Positions 26,034-36,492 of a stretch of 54,716 bases of DNA are shown here, piece after piece; position 1 is the stretch's first letter, and every line of letters starts with the position of its first letter. The translations under genes were made by a program, and so were the position numbers. The stretch comes from an uncultured virus (IMG/VR IMGVR_UViG_3300032050_000032) (taxonomy: Duplodnaviria > Heunggongvirae > Uroviricota > Caudoviricetes). The notes under the pieces were generated by a model, which saw only the letters and a program-made list of their open reading frames with translations, was not told the DNA's origin and searched no databases. The stretch lies in the IMG/VR virus record IMGVR_UViG_3300032050_000032; one strand, given 5' to 3'.

Positions 26034-26987
26034 ATGAGTAAAAAATTCATAATAACGGAAAACGAAAAAAACCACATAAAAAAATTATATGGTATTATAA
26101 CTGAACAGACTAATCAATTCTGTACTAAATTTAATGAATCAACAAAAACTAATGTTGTAGATTATGACGAGATTATATCATCATATAAAACAAAATTAAA
26201 AACGGAAAATTTGAATGTTGTTTTTTCAGGTATAAACAATGACATTCAGTCCTTTGCCTCAAACCTAATTTCAAAGGGAATTGCAGAACGACCTTCTTGT
26301 CAAATGGGACTTATAAATATAAGACCAGGATTTAAAGATAAAAATATAATAATTGTGGATTCAAGACAACATACAATTTATTTATTTGATAAAACATTAA
26401 ACGATGTAACACCTTACCAAAATCCTGAGAAAAAATCCCCAATACCAATAATAACAGGTAGAGAAAAACAATCAACTGAAGAAAATTGGAAGGAATTTAA
26501 TCTTTTAAATTTTGAGGAACGAAGATCTTATATTGCAAAAACAAAAAATAAAAATATTAGCGATGTTTCAGATAATGAAGTTTTTGAATTTAGTGGTGGC
26601 GCGTCTTTAAACCCTGGTATTTACACAACCAATAAATTAAACGACATAACCACATATTTAAAAACTTTGGATGGTAAAAGGTTATCTCAAGCAATTCACA
26701 AGGTATTGGATGTTGCCGAAAGAAAAAACGCATTGATTAAATCCTCAGATAGAACAATTTCTGATTTGGACGATGAAACTAAAAATAAAGAACTAATGAT
26801 GTCATCAGGATGTATAAACATACCTGAATGGTTAACAAATAATTCAAAATATCAAGAGATTGCCAATGATGCCTATGTCTTTAATATTTCAGATGAGACT
26901 GAAAATTATTATGTCAAGGTTGAAAATATCCCATTAGACGATAAATGTTATTCACCAAAATCTGTTGGTGCTGAGTCAATTGCTTGA
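26034..26987 (+). CDS. ITE-leader protein with L,D-transpeptidase (YkuD)-like domain
   Basis: IIVD...IYLF strand, AIH and S.GCIN catalytic-type motif. Confidence 0.55.
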   Translation: MSKKFIITENEKNHIKKLYGIITEQTNQFCTKFNESTKTNVVDYDEIISSYKTKLKTENLNVVFSGINNDIQSFASNLISKGIAERPSCQMGLINIRPGFKDKNIIIVDSRQHTIYLFDKTLNDVTPYQNPEKKSPIPIITGREKQSTEENWKEFNLLNFEERRSYIAKTKNKNISDVSDNEVFEFSGGASLNPGIYTTNKLNDITTYLKTLDGKRLSQAIHKVLDVAERKNALIKSSDRTISDLDDETKNKELMMSSGCINIPEWLTNNSKYQEIANDAYVFNISDETENYYVKVENIPLDDKCYSPKSVGAESIA

Positions 26988-27027
26988 TTTTTTTGTATGT
27001 GGGGATATTTATTATTAAACTCAAATT

Positions 27028-27807
27028 ATGAACAAAAGAATTTTAATTTCTGAAGAAGAAAAACAAAGAATATTGGGTATGCACAAAGCATTATCTTTAA
27101 AACCAATTCTTGAACAATATAGTAAAGATAAAGATGTATTAAATTCTAAAGGTCAATACATTACGCAAGGTGAAGTTACTTTTAGAGGACAACAAATTGG
27201 ACAAGAAGGTGGTAAAGGAGTATCTGAAACAATAAAATCAGGAACATTAGTTTGGGGTGACGAAAGGTTTAATGGAATTGTATTTTGGCTTGAAAAACCA
27301 TCAAGTACAAAATATTACAAACTATTAACCATAAATTGTAACTCCAATAAAGTGATTGGTAAGTTTAAAGCGGATGATGGTAGTTGGATTGATGAAGACG
27401 AATTTTCATACTCTGATCCAGTTGATTTTATACCAAAAATGAAATCAATGTTTTGTTGTGGAACAAAATTAAAACCTGATACTAAAAGACCCGGAAGTGT
27501 CGCTTGGGCTAAACCTGGTGAAGATGGTTATAAGTGTGAAGGTACACAAGTAAAAAAATGTCCAAGTGGGATTGAGGCTTGTAGTGGATATAAAGATTGT
27601 ACCCGATCAACACATTATCATAAGTGTGATAAATGTGAAAAAATAAAAGAATTACAAAGATGTCTTGCTAAAAAATTCCCAAATGCGGGTATTAAAGATG
27701 ACGGATATTGGGGTTGTAAAACACAAGACGCACTTAATAAATTAAATATGGGTAAGACTGTAACACCTGAACAGATCGAAATGTTGTGTACTACAACACT
27801 CGGATAA
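27028..27807 (+). CDS. ISE-leader protein with C-terminal peptidoglycan-binding domain
   Basis: IKELQ.CL...DGYWG..T..AL. Confidence 0.6.
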   Translation: MNKRILISEEEKQRILGMHKALSLKPILEQYSKDKDVLNSKGQYITQGEVTFRGQQIGQEGGKGVSETIKSGTLVWGDERFNGIVFWLEKPSSTKYYKLLTINCNSNKVIGKFKADDGSWIDEDEFSYSDPVDFIPKMKSMFCCGTKLKPDTKRPGSVAWAKPGEDGYKCEGTQVKKCPSGIEACSGYKDCTRSTHYHKCDKCEKIKELQRCLAKKFPNAGIKDDGYWGCKTQDALNKLNMGKTVTPEQIEMLCTTTLG

Positions 27808-27964
27808 TATTAATTTATTTTAGATATAACTTAAAAATACACCAATTAGTTGGTGTATTTTTTTTTATATAATTCTTCTTCTTCCTCTAATCTTTGTAGA
27901 AACACATAATATTCCTCAGAGTTAACAAATTCATTATGAATTAGTTCTAAAATATCTTCCATAA

Positions 27965-28669
27965 TTAGTTATACAACATTTTAATTACCTCTTTATCCAA
28001 TTCAGTATATTTTGTGGTTTCTGTCCATTCACCGTAAAATATACTTTCAGGGTATTTGTATGAATCATTTGTTAATCCAAGTGATTGGGTTAATTCTTCT
28101 CGTAATAAGTGTTTCTCTCCATTAGATCTTGAGGTTCTATCAATATCCACATACATAGATCCGTCAGTAATTTCTCCACCACTACTATTAATCACAAACA
28201 AACCGTAGTTATGTTCTGTATATCCAATTGATGTAGGACAAATTTGATTATACCCTTTTTGCCCACCAAAATAAACAATAAAATTACTTTCAGATTCTGA
28301 ATCAACAATCTCAATATTAATACCTGAAATCAAACCATTAAGTTCGGATACTACTTTATTAAGTTCATTCATTAAATAACCAACCTTGTTACCCTTAACA
28401 AAAATCTTCATATCCTTATACCATTTTTTGGGGGTATAATTTTTGTTATATTCGTTTTTGGTTACAATTTCAGAATAATAACTTTTAGACTCTTCAGAAT
28501 GTTCATCCTCAATGGATTCAACATTTGAAATGTCTCTCTTCGGTAATTCGGTGTTTTGAGTTTCGGATTTGTTTTCTGAATATTTTGTTTTTTCTTGTGA
28601 AGAACCTTCACAAACATAGAAAACAAAAAGAAGTGAGATAATTAAAAGTAGGAATTTAAAATTTTTCAT
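27965..28669 (-). CDS. Secreted DUF2927-like zincin-fold protein
   Basis: Signal peptide; LREELTQSLGL.ND motif. Confidence 0.65.
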   Translation of the reverse strand: MKNFKFLLLIISLLFVFYVCEGSSQEKTKYSENKSETQNTELPKRDISNVESIEDEHSEESKSYYSEIVTKNEYNKNYTPKKWYKDMKIFVKGNKVGYLMNELNKVVSELNGLISGINIEIVDSESESNFIVYFGGQKGYNQICPTSIGYTEHNYGLFVINSSGGEITDGSMYVDIDRTSRSNGEKHLLREELTQSLGLTNDSYKYPESIFYGEWTETTKYTELDKEVIKMLYN

Positions 28670-28719
28670 ATGTCTTATTTTTAACAAAGATAATGAAATA
28701 TTTTATCCCACAAAATAAA

Positions 28720-28908
28720 TTAGATTTTTTTCACTTCATATAGGTGTCCTGAATCTGAATTGGTTTGGAATATGTCTTTCATTTCCTCAGCTTTATCCCT
28801 TGATTCAAATTCCCAAACTTCAGTATCACTATTTAATAATATAACAGGTAAATACTGTGTTGGTGTTGTGTTTGGTCTCTTAACTTTTTTAATTATTACA
28901 TAACTCAT
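28720..28908 (-). CDS. Small hypothetical protein
   Basis: ORF starting MSYVIIKK. Confidence 0.65.
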   Translation of the reverse strand: MSYVIIKKVKRPNTTPTQYLPVILLNSDTEVWEFESRDKAEEMKDIFQTNSDSGHLYEVKKI

Positions 28909-29056
28909 AAAACAATTATAATTAAGATACATTAAAGTGTCAATAGGGTATAAAACAAAATGGGAACAAAGTCCCCATTTTGCTAGATAATGAACATCCC
29001 CCTTCCTTTAGATGGTTTATCCTTATCCGGCAACTACGCCAGATAAGTTCCCTTGG

Positions 29057-31162
29057 TTATTTCCTCAATCTCTTGATTTCTCTCAAAATTGATTCAACCT
29101 TAACTTCATTCTTGAGTACTTTATTCTTTGTTTTTATCGCCTCAAAAATATGTTTCTTAACGACAGACTCCATTTGCATTGTTGGATTGTCTTGTTTCAA
29201 TGTTTTATAATCAGTCAAACAATATCTATCAACACCGTAGTATGATCTACCTTTCTTGTTTGAACGACATCTGTATAATGCACTTAGTTCGTCTCCTTTT
29301 CCACCTTTTCCTACTGAGAAGTTTTTTTCCTCATCACATTTGATGATTGCACTCTTTAATTGATTTAACATTTCATCATCCTCAATAACTGAACGGTTCT
29401 TTGTTTGAACAACTCTTGTTGATGGGAATGCCGATTGATATAATCTATCAATTGCGGATTTACAATATTCTCTTTTTACCTCATTTGGTATATTAGATTC
29501 TATGTTTTGAATTGTGTATTTTAAATCACCAAATGACTCAGTTGCCGATTTCCAAATTGGAGTTGAGTCAGTATAATACTCTTCATATATACCGTCAGCA
29601 TCCAAATTTCTTAATTGTTGTCCAACTGTAGTTTGAGATGAAAGTCTTTCCTTCTCAACCAAACTTGGTTTACTAAAGGTATAACCATTATCCTCCAAGA
29701 ATGATTTAACTTCAGGATTAACTCCTGTTGCGGTTTCTTCATCTTTTGTTGTTACAACTTCTTTTGTCTTAACTGTTGATGTTTCCACCCCTTTTGTTGG
29801 TGTTGATGTGGTTGTAGTTACTGATGCAGTTGCAAATGATTTATTAATTTTATCACATTCTCCAGGAATTGTTAATAAAATTGTTTTAATTTTATTTAAA
29901 TATGATTCTTCAGTTTCATCTAATTGACTATCATAATCAACCATTGCATTATCAAGTTCTTTAACCGCATTTTTAAGTTCAGCCTGATTACTTTCAGAAC
30001 AAACGTCCGCCATATTCATATTACCAATCAATTCTCTACTTTCATTGAACTTTTTAACTTTCATTCCTTTGAATGTTTTTCCGTATTTTCCTGTATAAAG
30101 AATTAACTCATCCATAATGGTTAATACCTCAACTTGTTTTGGTTCCATCACAGTTTTAACTTCTTTTTTCTTATCTTCCTCTGTCTTTACCGAAGTTTGT
30201 GTTGTAGATGTTGATGTAGATACTGAAGTACTTGATGATGTCGGTGTTCCTCCACCTACTGTGTATAATTTGTTTGGATCTGAAGATGAACCAATTGTTC
30301 TCTTAACATTTTGTTCAAATAGACGAAGTTTTAATATCGTTTTAATTGTATGCTCCACCATAGGTTCGTCACCTGACAATTCAAAAGATTCATCAGGTTC
30401 TGTTGGTTTCCAATTTCCTTGATTATCTTTAATAATTCTAACATAAACTTCATCATCTTGTGTTAAACCTGCGGTTAATACACCAACTTCACCTGCGGTT
30501 GCTTTAGCCGCTGGATTTATTGGGTATAGGATTTCGTAGTCAAATTCATCAAAACTTTGGATAAGTTTTGTTTTACCCTCTAAAGTTTTTACATTTAATT
30601 CCGCCTCAGATACAATTGGAACCTTAGTTCCGTCTTTCTTTCTTTTAATGATATAAACATATGTTACACCATTCTTAAGAAGATAAGTAATACCTTTTGT
30701 GTATATCTGTCCTTTATCTTTTAAATCTTGCCAATACTTCTTTTGCTCTTCTTTACCAAACGCCGCAGATATTGATTCATCTGTTTTCATTTCTTGACAC
30801 AAAGTAGTTACTTCATCTTTTGTAAATTCTTTCTTACCTGTGGCACTAAATAAAGCTTCCTCAGTGTATTTACCAAATTTACCATCGGCACCGTACTTAA
30901 GAGTATAACCTTTACTAATTAAACATTCTTGGATTGTAGAAATTGGGGTTCCTTTACAACCTTTTTTGTAAGGTCCATTACCACAATCTTTATATGTTGT
31001 TGATGGTGATGGGGGAGGAGTAACGGTAGTATCCTCAGTATCTTCTGTTGGTTTTTTTCTAATTTTTTGCCCTTTTCTTTTTCTGGCCGCGGCTTGAGTT
31101 TTGGTACAATCAACCCAATTCCCATTACTATCTTTATATTGCCAATCCTTAACTTCACTCAC
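29057..31162 (-). CDS. Large hypothetical protein with PG-binding domain and S/T-rich linkers
   Basis: IQECL...DGKFG..TE.AL; N-terminal module duplicated from the end of 34227-36491. Confidence 0.7.
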   Translation of the reverse strand: MSEVKDWQYKDSNGNWVDCTKTQAAARKRKGQKIRKKPTEDTEDTTVTPPPSPSTTYKDCGNGPYKKGCKGTPISTIQECLISKGYTLKYGADGKFGKYTEEALFSATGKKEFTKDEVTTLCQEMKTDESISAAFGKEEQKKYWQDLKDKGQIYTKGITYLLKNGVTYVYIIKRKKDGTKVPIVSEAELNVKTLEGKTKLIQSFDEFDYEILYPINPAAKATAGEVGVLTAGLTQDDEVYVRIIKDNQGNWKPTEPDESFELSGDEPMVEHTIKTILKLRLFEQNVKRTIGSSSDPNKLYTVGGGTPTSSSTSVSTSTSTTQTSVKTEEDKKKEVKTVMEPKQVEVLTIMDELILYTGKYGKTFKGMKVKKFNESRELIGNMNMADVCSESNQAELKNAVKELDNAMVDYDSQLDETEESYLNKIKTILLTIPGECDKINKSFATASVTTTTSTPTKGVETSTVKTKEVVTTKDEETATGVNPEVKSFLEDNGYTFSKPSLVEKERLSSQTTVGQQLRNLDADGIYEEYYTDSTPIWKSATESFGDLKYTIQNIESNIPNEVKREYCKSAIDRLYQSAFPSTRVVQTKNRSVIEDDEMLNQLKSAIIKCDEEKNFSVGKGGKGDELSALYRCRSNKKGRSYYGVDRYCLTDYKTLKQDNPTMQMESVVKKHIFEAIKTKNKVLKNEVKVESILREIKRLRK
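31048..31160. repeat. ~110-bp direct repeat, copy 1 (copy 2 at about 34238-34349)
   Basis: Both copies encode WQYKDS.GNWVDCTKTQA.ARK.KGQ.IR.KP. Confidence 0.9.
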
Positions 31163-31182
31163 TTTTGATACATTTTTTTAGT

Positions 31183-32679
31183 TTAGATTAAAACCCATTC
31201 ACCATTTTTAAATTCATAAAGTTGTGGTTCACCACTATTGTCAGTTACTTCTGGTAGTGATGAATCCCAAATTCCTGACCATCCTTTAATTCCTAACCAT
31301 CTATTGAAGTCTGTCTCATTATTTTCATATGATCCGGTTGATTCCTCACTATTCTCCTCGTCTCCACCACCCATATTCGATTCTTCACAAGTAGAACTTT
31401 CTTTTTTACCAGTACCTCCACCGGAATCAACAGAATATTTTTCCTGACAGTTAGGATATACAACAACCATTAAATTATTTTCATCAATCGCAAATCCACT
31501 TATTTTATCGTTCCCTGTAGCATCTTTAGTTTTAGCACAACCAAAATTTATTGCCGCATAGTTTAACATATCTTTATTTAGGTTTTCACTACCCTGAACC
31601 CGTTGAATACAATTTAATTCCTCGCTATCAAATAATTTAATATTGGATGTGTCAATTTTTATTGGTGGTTCACCTCCCAAAAACCACCAATCAATTAATT
31701 GCCATCCAACAATACCAACAAATATAGTCATTGTAATATACAAATAAACCTTAGGTCCAACAACCCCTTTAGGTATGACTCTAAACGCCTCTAATAATTT
31801 AAATACACCCTCAATAGGTAAACTCAATATCTCAAATACGGCTTTAGTTGCCTTTTTAATTGCCTCTAAATCAAAACCTGCTTTAACCATTTTTTGAGGT
31901 TCAAATGAACCTTTACCATTTTTAATGTCATCTAATACTTTTTGAGCCTCATCGTCACTCATTTTATTTACACCATCCAATATTGATTGTTGTTGTGATG
32001 CGGTAATTTTTTTAGAAGCTTCCTCAGCAATTTCATCGGCTGCGGTTTTAGTTGTTTTAGTACCAGCAGATTCAATATTTACATCCACATTTTTTGCTTT
32101 TATAACACCATCAACTTGTTCTGAAACATCATCAAGGTATGTCGTCATTCTAAGATTACCTGCAAATGTAGTTTTTGCGTCTGTTAATGTTTTTTTAAGT
32201 GCCGCCAATTGTAAAGTATCTAAATTTTCAGTACCTTCTTTTTCTATTTTTTGTATTAAATCAAGGGCGGTATTTGGACCTGCCTTTAATTTAGATAATT
32301 CAGTTTCTAAATCAGGTATTGATTTTAGATTGGAATTAATCATTGTCATGCTAGTTTTTGCATAATCTGACACAATTTTATTAAAGGTACTTTTAACCGC
32401 AACACTATTTTCTCTAATGGTTTTTAATAATAATTGTTTTCCAGCATCTGACATAACATCATCAATACTTCTTATACCGGCTCTTTGTATTTCGGCAGAA
32501 TCTTTAATGAGTTTTCTAAGAGTATCCGCTTCTTCATCACTTAATTCTGAAACGGCTTTTTTACCTAAACGAGTGAAAAAATCCGCAATATCACCAATAC
32601 CCTCAACAATTAAGGATACCCCTATCATTTCTCTAATTCTGTTTATTTCAAGTAAAAGATTATTTTTTTTTGTGTTCAT
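31183..32679 (-). CDS. Paralog A: shared N-terminal ~190 aa, TM-containing C-terminus
   Basis: EINRIREMIGVSLIVEGIGD...; TM YLYITMTIFVGIVGW. Confidence 0.8.
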   Translation of the reverse strand: MNTKKNNLLLEINRIREMIGVSLIVEGIGDIADFFTRLGKKAVSELSDEEADTLRKLIKDSAEIQRAGIRSIDDVMSDAGKQLLLKTIRENSVAVKSTFNKIVSDYAKTSMTMINSNLKSIPDLETELSKLKAGPNTALDLIQKIEKEGTENLDTLQLAALKKTLTDAKTTFAGNLRMTTYLDDVSEQVDGVIKAKNVDVNIESAGTKTTKTAADEIAEEASKKITASQQQSILDGVNKMSDDEAQKVLDDIKNGKGSFEPQKMVKAGFDLEAIKKATKAVFEILSLPIEGVFKLLEAFRVIPKGVVGPKVYLYITMTIFVGIVGWQLIDWWFLGGEPPIKIDTSNIKLFDSEELNCIQRVQGSENLNKDMLNYAAINFGCAKTKDATGNDKISGFAIDENNLMVVVYPNCQEKYSVDSGGGTGKKESSTCEESNMGGGDEENSEESTGSYENNETDFNRWLGIKGWSGIWDSSLPEVTDNSGEPQLYEFKNGEWVLI

Positions 32680-32728
32680 AATTATGATTTTTTATATAAA
32701 TATAACCAAAGAGTAAAAATTGAATATA

Positions 32729-34210
32729 TTAGTTTGATCCAGCACCATATTTTTCATACGGACTTCTTGAAAACCCTGGTTGTTGGTAATCATACCAATT
32801 TGATGGACTTTCATTTTGTTTTAAATTTATTGGGGTACCATAATCTGGGTTGACATTTTTATAATACATATCCATTAAGTATTCCCTAAAATTAGGTATA
32901 TCATAATTTTCAAATCCTGATCTTGATATTTTACTAAAATCACCTGTTGTAAACGCATCATTTATTAATTTGTCATAGTCAACAATATTTTTTGCATTTG
33001 TAATAACCGACCAATTTATTTCTGAAGTATCTCCAAATTTATTTGATAAAAAATTTAATTCTGTTTTTGGTTTTATATTACTAAACACGCTTTTATTACC
33101 TAAAAGAGTTATTGGATTGTCTCCATTTTGTTTTAAATAATCAGATAAATCTGTAAAGTATCTACTTTCTCCTTTAGTATATTGTGTTGAGTTCACATCT
33201 TTTGCTACCCAAAAGAAATTATTATCATTAGGATGTGATGTAAAACCATTAACTATTTGCCAATCACCCTTTTGTTTTAATTCAGGTGATCCAGTTCCTG
33301 ATGATTTATATAAAATTACTTTATCGTTTGTTGGTAATAATAGTTCATAATATTCTCTACCTCCTGAGTCGGTAGTAAAGTTTAAAACTTTAATGTCATT
33401 AGGATTAAAAGTTTTATTATCAATTCTACTAACTTTATTCTTTAGTTCCAATATAATATTACCACCACGAATATCTCCATCTTTCCACCAATTATCCCAA
33501 ACCCAAGAAGGCATTTCAATTTCACCAACCGATCCGTCAGGTTTTTGTTCATAAATAGTTCTTTGGGGATTTTTAATTTTACCTCCACCCATTTGTGGAG
33601 TATCTTGTGTTATTATGTCGTCAATTTTAATTGAATTAGATTTAATGTACCCATCAACTTGTTCGGTAACATCATCAAGATAGGTTATCATTTTAGAATT
33701 ACCAACAAAGGTGGTTTTTGCGTCTGTTAATGTTTTTTTAAGTGCTGCTAATTGTAATGTATCTATATTTTGAATTCCGTTACTTTCTATTTTTCGTATT
33801 ATATCAAGAGCGGTATTTGGTCCTGCCTTTAATTTAGATAATTCAGTTTTTAAATCAGGAATTAATTCTAAATTTTTATTAATTATTACCATTGAGTTGT
33901 TAGCGTATTTTGTAATAATATCCGAAAAAACATTTTTAACCGCAACACTATTTTCTCTAATGGTTTTTAATAATAATTGTTTTCCAGCATCTGACATAAC
34001 ATCATCAATACTTCTTATACCGGCTCTTTGTATTTCGGCAGAATCTTTAATGAGTTTACTTATAATTTCTTGTTCCTCATTACTTAATTCTTTAATACTT
34101 TTTTTACCTAAATTAGTAAATATGTTTAAAACATCACCAATACCCTCAACAATTAAGGATACTCCTATCATTTCTCTAATTCTGTTTATTTCGGTAATTA
34201 TTTTTCGCAT
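32729..34210 (-). CDS. Paralog B: shared N-terminal ~190 aa, unrelated C-terminus
   Basis: Blocks of near-identical DNA to 32100-32650. Confidence 0.8.
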   Translation of the reverse strand: MRKIITEINRIREMIGVSLIVEGIGDVLNIFTNLGKKSIKELSNEEQEIISKLIKDSAEIQRAGIRSIDDVMSDAGKQLLLKTIRENSVAVKNVFSDIITKYANNSMVIINKNLELIPDLKTELSKLKAGPNTALDIIRKIESNGIQNIDTLQLAALKKTLTDAKTTFVGNSKMITYLDDVTEQVDGYIKSNSIKIDDIITQDTPQMGGGKIKNPQRTIYEQKPDGSVGEIEMPSWVWDNWWKDGDIRGGNIILELKNKVSRIDNKTFNPNDIKVLNFTTDSGGREYYELLLPTNDKVILYKSSGTGSPELKQKGDWQIVNGFTSHPNDNNFFWVAKDVNSTQYTKGESRYFTDLSDYLKQNGDNPITLLGNKSVFSNIKPKTELNFLSNKFGDTSEINWSVITNAKNIVDYDKLINDAFTTGDFSKISRSGFENYDIPNFREYLMDMYYKNVNPDYGTPINLKQNESPSNWYDYQQPGFSRSPYEKYGAGSN

Positions 34211-34226
34211 TATAGTATAGATTATT

Positions 34227-36491
34227 TTAATTCATTTTTGGTTTTTCTCTAATTTCTTGACCTTTCTTTTTTCTAGCATCGGCTTGAGTTTTGGTACAAT
34301 CAACCCAATTCCCATCACTATCTTTATATTGCCAATTTTTAGTTTCACTTACTTGTGATGATGTAATAGTAGTCGGAACTATTTTTGAGTACTCCGTACC
34401 ATATTGACTATATGCATTTCTAATTTCACATTCATTCATAATGAATGAGTCAGAATAACCCAATTCATTTTTCTTAAAATCACAAGATTTAACTCCTATA
34501 ACCGTCATTTCAGTTCCATCCTCAAAAGAAATTGTGAAATAAAAATTCTTTTTATTTGTACTAACCCAAGTTAAAAACTCACAAGCCTCTTGATAATTTT
34601 GAAATGGTGTCATTGGTAAATCAGAACAAAAACTTAATAGGGATTGCTCAAATTTTTCAGTAGTGTTAACTAATTGATTATATTTATTCTTACTTTCTAA
34701 AATTTCTTTAGTTTGATTATTCGCATAAGCAACATAATATTCCTTCTTAATATCATATAAAACCATTTGTAACAAAACTTTATATGCTTCAGTACTCATT
34801 TCTTCATAATCTATTTTGCCGGTATTCCCAATATCCCTTAAAAAATTAAGATATAATTTACCTTTTTCTAATTGTTCATCTGTTGTTGTTGCATTAATAA
34901 AATCTGATTGTAATTTTTTACATTCCTCTTCGGCTTTTTTCCTAATCTTTTCGTCAGCATTTCCAAAAACCAATTCAATGTTCTTCTTAACATTTTCTAA
35001 AAAACCTTGAGGGTCTTTCATTATTTCTTCATCGTCTTTAACTAATGTTTTAATTATTGGCATAGACGAAAAAACCGCCACCAAATCAAGTCCTATTAAT
35101 TTAAATGTGCTTGCATAACTTTTAGCGTAATCAGCAAATAATTTGTCAACACTTTCGGCAATTTCTTTAGTAACCACTTTATTTGTTCTAACTTCATTAA
35201 GTATTTTTTTTAAACCATCATTAATATCTTTAACTAATACTTCTTTATTAACCTGTTTTAATGCGTCCGAACCATTTTGTAATGTTTCCTCAACAAATTT
35301 TCTTGTTTTATCATCTAAACCTTTAATCCATGCTTTAACATCTCCAGGTGTTTTAAACGCACCTTGTTCTGCATCTTGTGATATCTTTTTAATTAAATTC
35401 GATATTTCTTTATCTGTTAATGTTCCTGTTATTTTTTTTGCAAAACCACTAGCATTTAATACGGGTATCAATGAAAATAATAATACCATTGCGGCACCGC
35501 TATTTAAACCTCTACCTTTTAGATATATTGCTTCAGGTATCGCAATTAATAATTCACCCGCCAATTCGGCACCTAAAATTGCGAATCTACTTGTTAGCCC
35601 AACACCTGCCGCAATACCACCAGTAACGATAGACGCTAAAATTGCAACACCAATACTCACAGCAGTTCCCCAACCAGAATCATACCATATATCAAAATCT
35701 GATCTACCATATTCTTCACCGTAATTATCTAATGAAAATTCAGAAAAATCTTGAGGTAATAAAGATCCCTTTAAACTTGGATCACCACCAATTACATCAT
35801 CATATTCTTCAGATTTACTTCTAAAATACCCAGACTGGTTACCACCAAATTGACTTATTGTCCACCCTCTTGAAACTTCACCGTCAATGATTTGAAACCC
35901 ATTACCGTCAATAATTTGATTTATAACCGCTTTTGATGGATCTGTTAATTGATACACTAAATTATATTTTCTACCTCCTTGTTTTCTTTTTTGATCATTA
36001 CAAGTTTGGTAAGCAATAAATGATTTAACAACACCATTTAAATTTCTAAAAAAATCATCTTTTGGTAAATAAATTCTAATGTCTCTTGAATCTCCGTATG
36101 CATTGGTTTTACCTTTAATATAATACCCGATTTCGTCTTTAAACATTTTATCTTTAGGAATATTCATTGAAGTTAGTGCATTATCATTTGTTGTGAAATT
36201 GATTATGTCAAAACATTCTCCTAACATCATATTATTATCAAAGTATCCTTTATGTTCATTAAAACTTTGTCTATAAAAATATCCATCAGTTGATTTTACA
36301 CCTTTTCTTGTTAATTCTTTTTGTTGTCTATCAAATGTACCTCCTTTACCCAAACGATCAGATTTTTGAGAACCTAATCTTGGGTCAATGTCAAAATCTG
36401 GATCTTGTTCGTTAATTATTTTACCTATGGATGGGTTATATTCCATAAGTTTTTTCATTTCCGATAATATTTGTTTTAAATTCTTTTCCAT
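34227..36491 (-). CDS. Large protein with hydrophobic Gly/Ala-rich helices (possible membrane-inserting virion protein)
   Basis: 754 aa; WGTAVSIGVAILASIVTGGIAAGVG hydrophobic region. Confidence 0.65.
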   Translation of the reverse strand: MEKNLKQILSEMKKLMEYNPSIGKIINEQDPDFDIDPRLGSQKSDRLGKGGTFDRQQKELTRKGVKSTDGYFYRQSFNEHKGYFDNNMMLGECFDIINFTTNDNALTSMNIPKDKMFKDEIGYYIKGKTNAYGDSRDIRIYLPKDDFFRNLNGVVKSFIAYQTCNDQKRKQGGRKYNLVYQLTDPSKAVINQIIDGNGFQIIDGEVSRGWTISQFGGNQSGYFRSKSEEYDDVIGGDPSLKGSLLPQDFSEFSLDNYGEEYGRSDFDIWYDSGWGTAVSIGVAILASIVTGGIAAGVGLTSRFAILGAELAGELLIAIPEAIYLKGRGLNSGAAMVLLFSLIPVLNASGFAKKITGTLTDKEISNLIKKISQDAEQGAFKTPGDVKAWIKGLDDKTRKFVEETLQNGSDALKQVNKEVLVKDINDGLKKILNEVRTNKVVTKEIAESVDKLFADYAKSYASTFKLIGLDLVAVFSSMPIIKTLVKDDEEIMKDPQGFLENVKKNIELVFGNADEKIRKKAEEECKKLQSDFINATTTDEQLEKGKLYLNFLRDIGNTGKIDYEEMSTEAYKVLLQMVLYDIKKEYYVAYANNQTKEILESKNKYNQLVNTTEKFEQSLLSFCSDLPMTPFQNYQEACEFLTWVSTNKKNFYFTISFEDGTEMTVIGVKSCDFKKNELGYSDSFIMNECEIRNAYSQYGTEYSKIVPTTITSSQVSETKNWQYKDSDGNWVDCTKTQADARKKKGQEIREKPKMN

Positions 36492-36492
36492 A

